In this document: positions 49,743-61,487 of the stretch, piece after piece | How positions within the stretch are numbered: position 1 is the first letter of the stretch | How the letters are laid out: each line of letters starts with the position of its first letter | NCBI GenBank assembly: GCA_030295235.1 | Contig: AP026155.1 | Location: forward strand, 434,001 to 498,000 | Direction of reading: 5' to 3' | Source of the DNA: Fistulifera solaris | Taxonomy: Eukaryota | Length of the DNA: 64,000 nt | Program-made: the position numbers and the translations under genes | Notes under the pieces: generated by a model | The model's input: only the letters and a program-made list of their open reading frames with translations | Databases searched by the model: none | What the model was told of the DNA's origin: nothing

Positions 49743-50597
49743 ATGACTGAAACATCTCGCCCCGCCGTCAATATGGACCAGAAACTCGCGTTGAACGCGC
49801 AAATCGTTTCAATGGCTTTCGACCAGTTGAGTCCTCGCTCCCAAGTAGACGTCGTTTCAAGGAACATCCGCAGCAGGGCAAATCAGACAACTACAGAGTG
49901 GAATGTAGGTGCCAGCGGTGGTGGAGGTACTTTTCAAGAGGTGTGGCCGAGCCATCTTCCTCGACCGCCGTCGCGCAAAAGGATCACGGTCGACGATGAT
50001 GACGACAACCCGAATGCTCCCCGTGTTGTAATCTTTCAGGCAACCACACAAGAAGGAATTTCCTTAGTCCGCGCCATGTCCGATAGGGGACTCAAAGTCA
50101 ATGCCGTGGTACGTGTTACTTCCAACCCGAAAACAAAGAAGTTGATCAAAATGAAAGGAGTCACCGTCAAGGTTGCCGATCTCAATAACTTGGAAGCCGT
50201 GCAAATGGCCGCCCAAGGCTGTCAGCAAGCTTTCCTCGTTACCAAATACTGGGGACGATTCGAAAATCCCATTGAAGAAGGCATGGCTCGTGTTGTTCTC
50301 CAAGCCTGTTCGGAAGCGGGTGTCACCCGTCTGGTTCTGGCATCTTTCGAAGACACCACGGAACTACGCAATCGCGGCCTCAAGTCCCAGCTCCGTCCTA
50401 CGGCCGACGGGCGTATCTTTCCAAACTTTGATACGATGGCATCGATTGATGCCCAGGCCAAGAAGGTCAATGTTCAGCTAACACACATGTTCACTAGTTT
50501 CTTGGACGAAGCCGACAAGAAGCGTTCACTGATCTTGATCCGTGGAGGCAACGGCAAAATTATTACTCAGTCTCACATTCAAGCTCTGAAGAAATAA
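49743..50597 (+). CDS. NmrA-like (atypical SDR) protein, apparently C-terminally shortened
   Basis: VVIFQATTQEGISLVRAM, VKVADL, AFLVTKYW and GVTRLVLAS follow the NmrA Rossmann layout, with a degenerate Gly-rich loop. Confidence 0.7.
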   Translation: MTETSRPAVNMDQKLALNAQIVSMAFDQLSPRSQVDVVSRNIRSRANQTTTEWNVGASGGGGTFQEVWPSHLPRPPSRKRITVDDDDDNPNAPRVVIFQATTQEGISLVRAMSDRGLKVNAVVRVTSNPKTKKLIKMKGVTVKVADLNNLEAVQMAAQGCQQAFLVTKYWGRFENPIEEGMARVVLQACSEAGVTRLVLASFEDTTELRNRGLKSQLRPTADGRIFPNFDTMASIDAQAKKVNVQLTHMFTSFLDEADKKRSLILIRGGNGKIITQSHIQALKK

Positions 50598-50856
50598 TAG
50601 AAAACTCAATCACCAGAGTTGGAAGTGGCGATCTTTATTAAGGAAAATAGTATCAAATACTTGTGAAAATTTCTAAATTGGAGTGAAAGAAACAAAATAA
50701 TCTATGGTATTTGATATGAAGACTTCACTACCAAAAACTTAGTAAGCCCAGCTCAATGTTTTCATCGCTAGAAAAGGAGTCAACATTCAAGCACTTGAAG
50801 GTGATTGATGTATGCTCTCTTTTCGGCTCATACAATTTAAACGATTATAGGCAATT

Positions 50857-51208
50857 TTAGGACTTGGAAGATTCCTGAGTGGTTTTTTTCTTCGAAGAAC
50901 TTTTTTCTCTTTTCTCTGACGATGCTTTACCCTTATTTTTTCTTCTTTTTCTTTTGTTTTTTCGGACGCGGTGTCTCCTCGTCATCGTCTTCTCCGCCAA
51001 AGTGATCGGCTCTTGCCTCATTCAATTCTTGGTCAGTCCTCTTGGCAGCTGTAACCCATGAATTGATTTTAATACACATACAAATCCCTCCAAGAATAAC
51101 GACGCAAAGGACAATGGCGTAAGCCATGTCGTTGTTCGTCACACTTAATTGGCGCTGAAGAAGATACTCATCTTCCGACAGGAATCGGTCAAAGTTGCGA
51201 AGTGTCAT
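50857..51208 (-). CDS. Small single-pass membrane protein with Lys-rich tail
   Basis: MTLRNFDRFL...QRQL...TM (AIVLCVVILGGICMCI)...KKQKKKKK; indel in T-run ~50938 extends it to ...QESSKS*. Confidence 0.55.
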
Positions 51209-51615
51209 ATCTCTAGGGGATATTTGATCTCCTAAAGCACCGAATACAAGGGCCAGGACACAAAGAGTGGATCGACAGCTAGCTTCTAAACGATTTGAGT
51301 TGGAACGATCGTAAACATAAATAATAATGGTATCATTATTTAGAAAGGGGCGAAATGGCTCTTCCAGAAGAGAACCAAAGCATCCGTGAATCATCAGTCA
51401 TCAGAGATCGAGTATGTGAGACTGATGTGACCAATGACTACTACGTATGAAAGGATGTGTGAAGTACGACATTTGGCGTGTTCCATAAGCGAACACGAAT
51501 ACTAGTACCGATGATATTATTTTATAATCAGGTATCCTGGCTTTTTACTGTACATTCTACGATTACAGATAATACACTAATGGATAGAGTCACATTCCAT
51601 CTCAATCTTCAATCA

Positions 51616-51701
51616 CTGGGAAGGACGTTAAAATTTTTCCTCCCAGTACAAGATTCTCTAGGTAGCGTCTACGACGAGGCAGAATTTTAACGCCATTCCC
51701 T
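51616..51701. mobile_element. MITE-like repeat, copy D
   Basis: GGGAAGGACGTTAAAATTTTTCCTC...CAGTACAAGATTCT...ACGACGAGGCAGAATTTTAACGCCATTCCC. Confidence 0.82.
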
Positions 51702-51786
51702 TATCTTGTCATTCGTGATTCGAAATTCTTTATACGTACCGGTACAAAGTACTGTGCAAGTACCGTACCATAGTCTTCGGTAATGC

Positions 51787-52074
51787 CGAATCTACGGACA
51801 GCCTTGCATGGACCGTCGTCGCGATTTCACGCCTCTTGTCTTTTCCGTTTACGGGCTTGTGGGTAAACGAGCCGTCGCAGCCTCTCGCCAGCTTGCAAGA
51901 AAGCTGCAAAAGAAATGGAAGAGACCGTACTCTGAAATTTGTGGCTTCATCAGATCTCGTCTGAGCCTCTCGTTGGTTTGACCGGTTAGCATGCTATTGC
52001 GAAATCCGAGAGATGGCGCGCAACAGCGCAATCCACCGCACTGGGAATCCGGTGCAGGTTTGTCACTTTATTAG
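51787..52074 (+). mobile_element. Second 5'-truncated CRE-like retroelement fragment with internal stop (not in ORF track)
   Basis: Translates RIYGQPCMDRRRDFTPLVFSVYG...PYSEICGFIRSRLSLSLV*PVSMLLRNPRDGAQQRNPPHWESGAGLSLY*. About 67/93 aa identical (hand count) to the C-terminus of 29863-30393. Confidence 0.88.
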
Positions 52075-52434
52075 AAATTATTTTCTAATGCACGCGCGTG
52101 CAAGGTAATTCCGCAAAGAAATTTTAATACGTTGTTCACTCAATCTCAGAGCCATATTTATTCCAACGAGGTTGCTATCAATGGCCGACCCGGTGCATAC
52201 CGTGATCCGTGAGAGTTACGGGTTGCTTGGCTGACGTACAGAAAGTGGCAAGCAACATCGGCCTCACCCGTCTTTGCAAACTCTAGCTAACACTAACGAC
52301 TTAGCAGGTGAGACGATTGCGTCCTCTACAGTTCGAACAGAAGACACGTAACATAAAGACATTTAACTATTAACATTAAATCAAGTGTTGAATCTAAGAC
52401 ACGAAATAAAGAGAACGAATGATGAGACTGATGT

Positions 52435-53175
52435 TTACTTCTCTTCGAAGAATGTTGCATTCACCAAAAGCGCAGATCCCATCAAAAGGGCCTTCTGAGT
52501 TACATTGGCGTCACTGGGGAAAGTAACATCGAATGCATCGGAGTCGGTGAATACTTCGACCATGAGACTCTTGGGGACTTTGACAATCTTTCCAAGCAGC
52601 TTGGCGTTAGACCCATTTGTTTTGTTGTCCTTCGCATCAAAGACCCAGAATGGCACCTTGCAGCAGCCCTTTCCGCAGCACGGGTTACCCTCAGTAAAGC
52701 AGTTGACGCACATTCCGCAGCAACAGGTGGGAGGATGAAGCTTGTAGATCTCTTCATTTTGAGCTCCGTAAATCTTAAACTCAGGAACACAATAATAGCA
52801 AGTTTCTTTGATCGATCCCATAGGCTGCCCTCCAGATGTCATGATCAACTCTTGGTAGCAGCAGCACTTGCAAAAGCCAGCCGCGCAGCGGCATGGGCGC
52901 TCCACCGAGAGAAGCTCAGCATCCGAATTGAGCTCCTTGACCTGTGCGGTGAAGGGATAGATGGGCTTGCAGAAGATGCGGCAGCAGCAGTTGGCATCAT
53001 CCAAGGATTGAGCGACCTGATTGTCTCCAATGAAGTACTTGAACTCGGTACGAGCTTCGCAGCCGAAGCACTCCTGCAACCATCCTCGTCTGGTCTGGCG
53101 AATGCTCATACTTGCTGTGCCACTCAAGTGGGCCTTGAGGGCGTCAGTTCCGCGGTCCATCTCTTGCTTTTGCAT
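52435..53175 (-). CDS. Phospholipid scramblase family protein
   Basis: Cys-rich CCCRIFC, ERPCRC, CCCYQE motifs; FTDSDAFDVTFP and QKALLMGSALLVN C-terminal helix. Confidence 0.9.
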   Translation of the reverse strand: MQKQEMDRGTDALKAHLSGTASMSIRQTRRGWLQECFGCEARTEFKYFIGDNQVAQSLDDANCCCRIFCKPIYPFTAQVKELNSDAELLSVERPCRCAAGFCKCCCYQELIMTSGGQPMGSIKETCYYCVPEFKIYGAQNEEIYKLHPPTCCCGMCVNCFTEGNPCCGKGCCKVPFWVFDAKDNKTNGSNAKLLGKIVKVPKSLMVEVFTDSDAFDVTFPSDANVTQKALLMGSALLVNATFFEEK

Positions 53176-53659
53176 GGTTTCTTGTTGTTCAAAGGCACGG
53201 GAACGAGCTTTATCGATTTTAATATATTGTCCGAGAACGAGAAACGTGATTATGGTGCGTTTAATGGGTCCAGTTTTGGCAACAGAAATTCACGGGTGGG
53301 AAGTAGTACACAAGTATCTTTGGAGATGACTTTCAAGATCGACCGCACACAACGCACAACGCTCGGAGTTGACCAGCGACTGAACGAAAATATCAAAATA
53401 ACGAATATCGATATTCGCGCTATAATAGCGTATTATATCAGAGCCATTTTTCACAATATCGACATCTGCCGAAATGCGTACGCCTGACAGATGGATTGTT
53501 AGGCTTTTGACGCATGAATGGGTCATTATGCGGACGAGGACAGACGGTCACCGTTATTAATATCGGTTACGGAGTATAATAATATCGTATAATACGATTT
53601 TGTTATTCGCAAAAATCCAATTATCGATATTTGTCGAACAAAAACGAAGAACGAAACAT

Positions 53660-53744
53660 CATGAAATGACGTTAAAATTCTGCCTCTGGTACAAGATTCT
53701 ACGTAGCATCCACGACGAGGCAGAGTGTTAAAGCCCTTTCCATG
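53660..53744. mobile_element. MITE-like repeat, copy E
   Basis: GAAATGACGTTAAAATTCTGCCTC TGGTACAAGATTCTACGTAGCATCCACGAC GAGGCAGAGTGTTAAAGCCCTTTC. Confidence 0.85.
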
Positions 53745-54078
53745 AAGAATGAAACATACTCATGGAAGATCGACGCGCGCGCCGCGGATTTTTATGTTTT
53801 CATTATTTAGAAAAAAAACAGAACAAAGGCAAAGAACACACAGTCATAAGTCATAGTCATCGGTCCAATAATTGTCAACTATATACTGGGAACTTATTCC
53901 AAAAAAAATTTGGCTTCTGTTGTTCGGTGTCACCTTCACTCGTCACGCACTCGTCATTCACCATCGTCCTTCCATCGATCGTCAACAAGCTGGCGCCTCG
54001 GCCTCGTTGAGGAGTCTCTGATTCACTTTTCCTCTCTCATTATTTTCGCTCCTGGAATCTTACAGAAAGAGATAAACA

Positions 54079-54789
54079 ATGTTTTACGTTAATAGTATTT
54101 CCTTAATGAGGCGGGGGAGAAATCTTGGGCCCTTAATTTCCGCTCTTGTTGCAGGGTGCTACGCCTTTCAACTGGAAAGATCGCGAGTCCGACCGCCAAC
54201 GTATTGTCACGATAGATCATCGCACGAGCCCGTTCACGTTCCTTCTTTCTCGACGGCTTCAACTCATGCTATTTATGGGAGTTTGTTGACGGCTCAAAAT
54301 GGCATTTTGTCGTACAATGTCTTCCGTTTAATAGCGTCACGACCATGGATTAGAAATTACAGAGAGCAATGGCTGACGCAACAAAAGACTGACAGAGAAA
54401 TTGAACCCGATTTACTCCGAGAAATGCCGATACCTTTGGTAGAGTCCATTGTACAACTAGGAACAGCTTTGGATGGTCATGTCGGTACGGTGCACGGGGG
54501 TATACTGTCGTTGCTAATCGATGATCTTTTGGGGTATGCGTTCGAGGCTCTCGGCATCACTGATGCCGTTACTGCAAACCTCTCCATTGATTTTCGATCG
54601 CCAGTTCCGGCCGGATCAAAGGTCAAGCTCAGGGCCATACTGACTGGTTGGGAAGGCAGAAAGCTGTACTTTAATGTACATCTCACTGATCCTGAGACGG
54701 ACAGGTTGCACTGTGAAGCTGTGTCCTTGTTCATCATCCCCCGAGAAGCACACGAAAAGCTCATACAAAATGGTTTCATTAAACAATAG
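54079..54789 (+). CDS. Hotdog-fold acyl-CoA thioesterase (PaaI/THEM4-like)
   Basis: LDGHVGTVHGGILSLLIDD, VTANLSIDFRSPVP and EGRKLY motifs. Confidence 0.88.
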   Translation: MFYVNSISLMRRGRNLGPLISALVAGCYAFQLERSRVRPPTYCHDRSSHEPVHVPSFSTASTHAIYGSLLTAQNGILSYNVFRLIASRPWIRNYREQWLTQQKTDREIEPDLLREMPIPLVESIVQLGTALDGHVGTVHGGILSLLIDDLLGYAFEALGITDAVTANLSIDFRSPVPAGSKVKLRAILTGWEGRKLYFNVHLTDPETDRLHCEAVSLFIIPREAHEKLIQNGFIKQ

Positions 54790-54885
54790 CACGATGCTAT
54801 TATATGAAGCTTTAAAAGTATTTGAGACTGTGCCTACATCTTACGGTGCCAAATGGAAAATTTACCGTCTGAGTTGTGCCTCTCT

Positions 54886-56952
54886 CTAAACGTTTGCAAA
54901 TCTCTCAAGCCGCAGTTTATGAAGCAATTGAATATGCAGGTGTCGGTCTTCATGTTTCGAGCAGATCCACGCTTTTGTCACTGCGAGGAGCAACTCAAGC
55001 GTCGGACCTTCGCTGATCTTTTGACTGTGACAGAGCTGATCCATCTCGAAGAGCAATTCCTCGGCGCGTTCGGGGGCATCATTAGACGCCATGCTCATTA
55101 CGATGCGCGAATACGTGACAGAGCGTGGACAAATGCTGCGGAATTTCTGTGAGGAATGGAGGTCCCACATGTGTCGTAAAAGGGCTTCGGCTCGGTGAGG
55201 ATCTGGGTCGTTTTTGTATGCTCCAGTCCAGCTGTTCAAAACAATTTCAAACAATTTTAAGTTCGGCTTGGCCTTCTGATTTCCACCCAAATAATCCTCG
55301 CACATCTCTTGCAGAAGCGATTCGGCGCGGTCGGGGTTTCCATTCTTGGCCAACGCACTGATACACGTTGTGTACTTTATCACGTCGGGGCAAGCAGCTT
55401 CATCGCCTTCAATGAACTGCTCTTTCATCCAATACAAACATTTGACGGCTTGGGAAATACCTTCTGGATGCTTGGAGGACGCCCTAAATCACAGCAAGGG
55501 TGTGAGGTTATGAGAGTGTAAAGGGTATCAGTTGCGAACGAAAAGTACCTACCATGTTTTCAAAAGGAGACAGTATGTATACGAATCGGGCGCCATGTTC
55601 AAGATTTTTTCTTTGCAAAATTCAAGCATCCGGAGAACTATAGTCTGAGCTTTGTATGGCGCGATATCCTCCGTCGATTTGGACCACATGGCCATGATCG
55701 TATTGAAGTTGCGAATCTTTGGCTCTGCAAATTTATTTCCCGTGAGAAAGTCATGAACCATTGCCCAGAGTAGTTCTTCTGCGCGGTGGTTTGTCGTTGC
55801 ATTCTTGGTGAAAATATTGATGACGTTCGAGTATAAAATCGCGTCTGGTTGCAAACCGCTCTCTCCAGCCATGTATCGGCTCTCCATTTCACGGAACAGA
55901 TGATCGGCTCGCTTTGCGGCTTCGTTGCGGTTTGATTCCGCCCAGCAATGGAAGGCAACTGTATACGAAAAAGCGTCGGGTTTGCAGTTAGGAAGAGCGC
56001 CGGTGTCGGATAGTCGATTCATTGTTCCGAGAATCTTCTCGCATCGCTCTGGAGCATCAGGCGATTTCGATTTTCGCCAAGCATGTAAGATGTTAGTATA
56101 GATTTTCGCGTTCGGCTCGGCATTTGAGTTGCCCTTCTCGAAATCCTGATGCATTAGCGTAAGAATATGTTCAGCAGCGTGTGCGTCGCCCATTTCAGCG
56201 TAGGCGTGAATCACGGCGTTGAAGCATGCTCCATCGGGACGATACTTGGATCGCTTACTCTCAAAATCGTCGATCATTTTGCGCAGCATTCGTTCCGACA
56301 GCTTCGCTCCCTCCGTAGGACTTCCCGTTTTTGCCGCATCTCGGATGGCTCGACCAAAATCAGCTGGCGTTTGAATCTTATCCGGAAACTGTGAATAGAA
56401 TAAGCCTCCCGGTTCGGCCTTAGAAGCATAAGAGTAGCTTGGTGCGGGGAGCTTTGGTGGAGGCGGCGGCAAATTTGCGCGCACGGCATGTGCAAACGAG
56501 ACTGGTTTCTCTGCTGGTATTGCGACTCCCGTGATCTGAGTGGGGACGGCACGATGACCAAGAATGGATAGATTTGACCCTTGGAGTGAGTCTGAAAAAG
56601 GAATCGTGTTTTGCTTCCACGGCATCTTTTGGGTTGACACAGTAGGAAGTGAAGAAAGATTCTGGGATGCGATGATGGACCGGTCCTCAAAACTCTCAGT
56701 AAATATGCTTTGCCAGTTCAAACTCGATCCATTTGCACATGTTGGATTACTACTGGTCGGTGGGTAAGTAAAATCCTGTATGTGGCCCCCTAAGCGGTGT
56801 TGGGGAGGAGGAACGTTTTCCTTGTCAGCAGCTGTGGATGCAACTTGAAAAGGTTGTTGCTGCTTCTTGCCTTGCTCATATGCAGGGCCCCATGAGTCCG
56901 ATTCCGGGACGAGTAGGGGACGGATATTAGTGTTTCGCGGATGGAAAGCCAT
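54886..56952 (-). CDS. Pentatricopeptide-repeat protein (2 exons)
   Basis: Repeated PDxxxFNAVIHAYA, PNAKIYTNILHAW, PDAFSYTV, PDAILYSNVI and PDVIKYTTCISALAK units; intron ~55552-55489. Confidence 0.9.
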
Positions 56953-57308
56953 AGTTTATTAATCAAACTGCATGTGCTGCTATTTTATGTTCCATTTGCA
57001 AATGCGTTCTTGTTGTTGATGGAAACGTTTATTTGTTCTTATCCAAAATTTTGGATCCAATAATTCGTCTACTGAACAGTTTATTCTGTGGTTTCTCTCA
57101 AGAATAGGAGTACTCAATATTTAGGGCTAAATACTTTGTATTGGTGCGACGAGCACTGGACACCTGATAACTGATACCCCGGAGTAAGTGATAACATCAT
57201 CATGATGATGTGATTTCTGTGACGTGACGCATGCCGATTTACTGTTAAAACTTAAGGAGTAGTTTTTAGAAGCGATTATTTATCACTATTTACAGTCAAC
57301 AAATCCTC

Positions 57309-58723
57309 TCATTTTACGCTACAAACCAGAGGATTGCTCGAGACTATCTGGTAAATGGTAGAAGTAAGCACATCTTCCGATGATTCGTCATTGCCATCCG
57401 AAATTCGAGCGAGGGCGTCCACCCATTGTTGTAAAGAGCTGGTTTCGGGAGCCAAGTCCCAGTATTGCGCCCGATTTAGTCCTGTTGAAATACCAATCTG
57501 GCATATCGCTGCAGCACAGGTTGTGCAAGCCTTGCTCTCGAGTAAATATTCGACTACGACTGGATCAAAACTGACTTTGGCAACGGACAAATTCTCTGAA
57601 ACAAGATCACGGACTGCATGAAAGAATACCCGGAGTCCTTCCATCGATGAATCACAAACATTTTCATCTCCATTATGAATTAAAAACTGAGTATCGACTG
57701 TGTCGACGAGATTGAGCTCCCGGATGCAAGGATGGCCGGAAATTGATTTCAACATGCGACACAGACGAGCTCCATGCAAGATAGGATCAAAAGCCATGCG
57801 TGTTTTCGCCAGAATTAAGAATTTCAAAGACTCGTTCTTCAAGAATGCCGCTGATAGTCCGGAGACTTCCAGCGGTAACATAGAAGCTGTTAAGTCAAGG
57901 CGTTCGATGGATCGATTTGAGTCTAATCCCGAGAGCAGTGACGAGGTATCCTTTTCGTCGTCTCCCATACGATGATGCTCGGCGGCAGCAAATACGCAAG
58001 CAGTAAGTGCCAGGTCCTTCAGTGATGTGTTGCGGCGAATTGCTTCGGCGCAATAGAGCGCACTACCAGCGCCCCATAGATTGAAATGGTGAGCGGATAG
58101 TCGCTGTAACCGGTCATGCGAAAGCATTGACAGTAAGGCCGACAAGGTCAAAATGGGCCGGCTAAAGTACGCCGTCGTCGAAGATATGCTCAAGCTAGAA
58201 AGATTCGGAGAAGCAGAGACTGCTTGAACAAGCTGACTGTAGAAAAGCCAGGAATCGGCCCTATTCTGCTGCACAAAGTAAATTTCGTCCAAATCGATCG
58301 CGACAATGGTGCAGTGATGTTCTGCAGCCTTTTTAGTTTCTCAAAAGGTCTAGTTTCTTTACGACTGCCATGATCTGGCTCCATTGATAAGCCGACACCA
58401 TGTAGATGCAATTTGGTGAGGTTAGGGCAATGCTGGAACATGTCGGCTAGCTCGGAAATTGTCAACGCATGTTTTCCCGTATGATCAAAGAAGCAAGTCA
58501 GAGAAAGACTCGTCAAAGCCGGAAAGGCGGTATATACGCAGGGAAGAGCTGTATTCCATGTGACTTTTGAAGCTTCGGGTTCTTCGTGGTCATTCTTTCG
58601 AATCTCAATGCTAAGGGACGTTACATGATCGCGGCATAAGGGCGTTTGGAGGAAGTCGCCCTCTTCCGCTGAATCGGTCCTCTTGTAGACCAAAGACAGA
58701 TGATTTCCTTCCAACTGCATCAT
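57309..58723 (-). CDS. RNI-like leucine-rich-repeat protein
   Basis: LTSLSL, LTKLHL, NTSLKDLAL, NRSIERLDL and NESLKFLIL repeats; C-terminal LNRA...WVDALA...IYQIVSSNP; indel in A-run ~58332. Confidence 0.75.
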
Positions 58724-58953
58724 TTTACACAGACACTTCTTTTCTCTCGGGTCAAGTAAAAGGCAAGCTGATTTTTGGTAATCCGACGGATCGACTTTTC
58801 ATTTTTGATGGCTGTCGACGAAAGAATGTCGGAACAAAAACGAGGAGGAAACAACGAGAAAGGAAGCATTATCCTGTCTTGAGTGACGTCACTGTATTGT
58901 CAAAAGTACATGTGCTGCAGTCGGTAATCACACGTCATACGTCATCCTTTTCT

Positions 58954-58990
58954 CCACCACCACCACCACCACCACCACCACCACCACCAC
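58954..58990. repeat. (CCA)12 microsatellite
   Basis: Perfect CCA run between two divergent genes. Confidence 0.95.
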
Positions 58991-59328
58991 GGAGGCAAAT
59001 TTCCGCCAGGACGTCATTGTCCTTCCGGGCGCGGTCATTGGCAATTGGCAAAGGGTGATGTCATCCGCTGGTTTTCCCAGTCCCGTAAAACTCACGACTG
59101 AAGGATCCGTGGATGAGATCGGTCCCCTAATTGAAATTGAAGGGGGATCTTTTGGATGGACAACAGACGGCCGCATTTTTCACTTATGTCCACAAGGAAA
59201 GCATTGAGACGAATAACACTCGACGAAAGCATTCTCAGCCTATTCAAGGATTGATAAGAGTCTAATCATCAATCAGCACGGCTGTAGAAGAGATCAATTT
59301 TTGAAACCGAACAAATTTGCGCCCAACA

Positions 59329-59794
59329 ATGCACTATTCTTGTTTCACAATACTACTTGCACTCATCGCCTCTTTTGTTGTTTCCCCCCATTGACGGTTT
59401 TTCAGTCGCTACCAAGACCATCAACTTACAAAGGCGTCAATCACACGACAATAGCCCTTTTTTTAAAGGACATACACGACAACGAACATTCTTCCGCTCG
59501 TCGTCGGATGATACAGACGACTTGGCGAAATCAACCGAAACTCCAACCGATGCATCGGAACCTGCGAAAGTGCCCTCTCAAAAGTCTTGGGGTGTTACCA
59601 AAACCATTCTATTGACTGTACCGCTGTTCTTTAAGTTTCTCGTGGTATTGGTGATCAAGTTCATGACCGATTTGGTGGTATTCCCTCTCCTGTTTTCGTA
59701 CCGATTGTGTCGTCGGGCGAAACGAAAAGTTCTCGGAGTGTTTAGTAAAACAAAGAAGGACACCAAACTACCCAACGGGGAAACGCGTCCATGA
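59329..59794 (+). CDS. Small membrane protein with probable plastid presequence
   Basis: MHYSCFTILLALIASFVVSP[indel in C-run]IDG-FSV..., later hydrophobic ILLTVPLFFKFLVVLVIKFMTDLVVFPLLF. Confidence 0.65.
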
Positions 59795-59960
59795 AGTGGA
59801 TACTGCTTTGTTTGTATGAACTTGTGAATAGTGTCCATGCCCGATGTGTAAACTGAAAAATCATAAACCCTGATATTTGTGCACCTATTATTGTAATCAT
59901 AGTTTGCTGTGTGTTTCTGCAGACGCCGAAAGAACGAACCGCTTCAGCTTACCGCAAATA

Positions 59961-61151
59961 TCATTGACTTGGGAATTGCGAATGGAGCCACAGACTAATT
60001 CCAGCCAGCAAGCCTCCCATCCACTGCTGTAAACTGACTCGTTTTTGTTCATGCTCAATCTGATTCTGCAAGGCACCGGAAAGAACCATTCCTAATATTA
60101 GAGCAAAACCCTTTTCTACGGCACCCGCATACTTTGTCACCAGTCCTACCAAAATTCCTCCCAGAGCGTTCGTCACGACTGGTATCCACGTCCACAGCGA
60201 CCAGCCCGTAGTCCAAGTGCTAGATGGTTGTTGGGGTCGTACAAAGAGCAATTCACCCGCCAACAATCCAATCGAAATGCATGCCAATTCTACGGAAAAG
60301 AGCAACGAATCCCGTGTTTGCAACGTGCGCTGTATCAATGCACCGGCCAAACCGGAAATGGCGCTCGCGAGAAGAACAGGGATAACTCCCAGCAGGTAGT
60401 ATTCGCGGCGTTGTGCATTCGACATTCGGATTCTTTGAGTCTTGTCCTCATTTTCGTGTTTTTGATTTGTTGGGGAGAGCCATTTTGTTAGATCCACTTC
60501 CATAACGAAGACTGCCAGCAAGAGCAGAACCAGTGCCCCCATTTGCACTTTTGATTGAGCCTGCCCCAGTATCAAGAAACAAAAGATAGCCGCCGACAAG
60601 GTTTTGCTCTGATTTAGAACATTGAACGTAATCGGCGAAAGATGCTGGTACGCTGTCAAACTGAATCGATTCTGTAAAATGTAGAGCACTGCCGGTATTC
60701 CTACGGTCTTGAAACACACGCGATAGTTCCAACCCCTGGTAGCACCTTGCCAATTTCCCGTCAAAAGTAAGAGCGACGTTGCCGTAACGAGACGAACTAG
60801 TTCTTGTGCCAAGACGTATGTGCTCTTGACAATAGTTTTGGGAGCAAATTTCTGTGTCAAAATGGGCTGGGATGCAAATTGCAGAGCCAATAAGAACATG
60901 TAGAGATATCCAACTGTCGATGTCGCTGTCGACGTCCAAGTGGAAGCAATGCTGGCGTAGCGAGTCGTCTTGATGAGACGGTTTTGTCTTGTTGTATGTA
61001 ACGCATTATGTTTATGCTGTAATGGTGTTGATGTAGACTGTAGAAGTCTCATAGGATTTCGGCAGGGAGACGTGAAGGAATAAGCAGGGAATGTACTGAC
61101 GACAACCACAAGAACGGCTATTCGAAGCAGCGATCTTGTTTGAGTGTTCAT
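59961..61151 (-). CDS. Nucleotide-sugar transporter (SLC35A-like)
   Basis: PAVLYILQN, FNVLNQSKTLSAAIF, SGLAGA and ALGGILVGLVTKYAGAVEKGFA motifs. Confidence 0.9.
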   Translation of the reverse strand: MNTQTRSLLRIAVLVVVVSTFPAYSFTSPCRNPMRLLQSTSTPLQHKHNALHTTRQNRLIKTTRYASIASTWTSTATSTVGYLYMFLLALQFASQPILTQKFAPKTIVKSTYVLAQELVRLVTATSLLLLTGNWQGATRGWNYRVCFKTVGIPAVLYILQNRFSLTAYQHLSPITFNVLNQSKTLSAAIFCFLILGQAQSKVQMGALVLLLLAVFVMEVDLTKWLSPTNQKHENEDKTQRIRMSNAQRREYYLLGVIPVLLASAISGLAGALIQRTLQTRDSLLFSVELACISIGLLAGELLFVRPQQPSSTWTTGWSLWTWIPVVTNALGGILVGLVTKYAGAVEKGFALILGMVLSGALQNQIEHEQKRVSLQQWMGGLLAGISLWLHSQFPSQ

Positions 61152-61487
61152 GAGATTTGAGAGGATTGTTTGAGGAGAAATGATTTCTCGTCGTTGTTAC
61201 TTGGTAATGTCGTCACTATCACTCATCACACGCTCTCGCGTCCAGCCGAAAATGAATACGAGATGAATGAAGTGAAACAAATTAGTGGTGTCAAAAACCG
61301 TCATAAGAAGAATTTCGTGTCAAAGCTCGTACCGGTACTGTTCTTTTCGACCGCTTTTTTGCGAACGAATAATGACGAGAACAAGCTGCATTCATTTTGC
61401 CATGGGATCCTTTCCTATTCATTAATGTGTTTCTATCTTCCCTTTATTTAAGAAAGGACTTAACTTATTTAACCGACACAAGGCAAA

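Noticed and set aside
52735..53487. 250-aa plus-strand ORF and many similar antisense ORFs in the track
   Set aside because: Shadow ORFs opposite well-supported genes (here scramblase), with no recognisable motifs.
53385..53635. AT-rich stretch with repeated ATATCG motifs and TTACGGAGTATAA shared with ~49076
   Set aside because: May be an old non-autonomous element, but I could not define TIRs or a TSD, and the shared match is only 13 nt.
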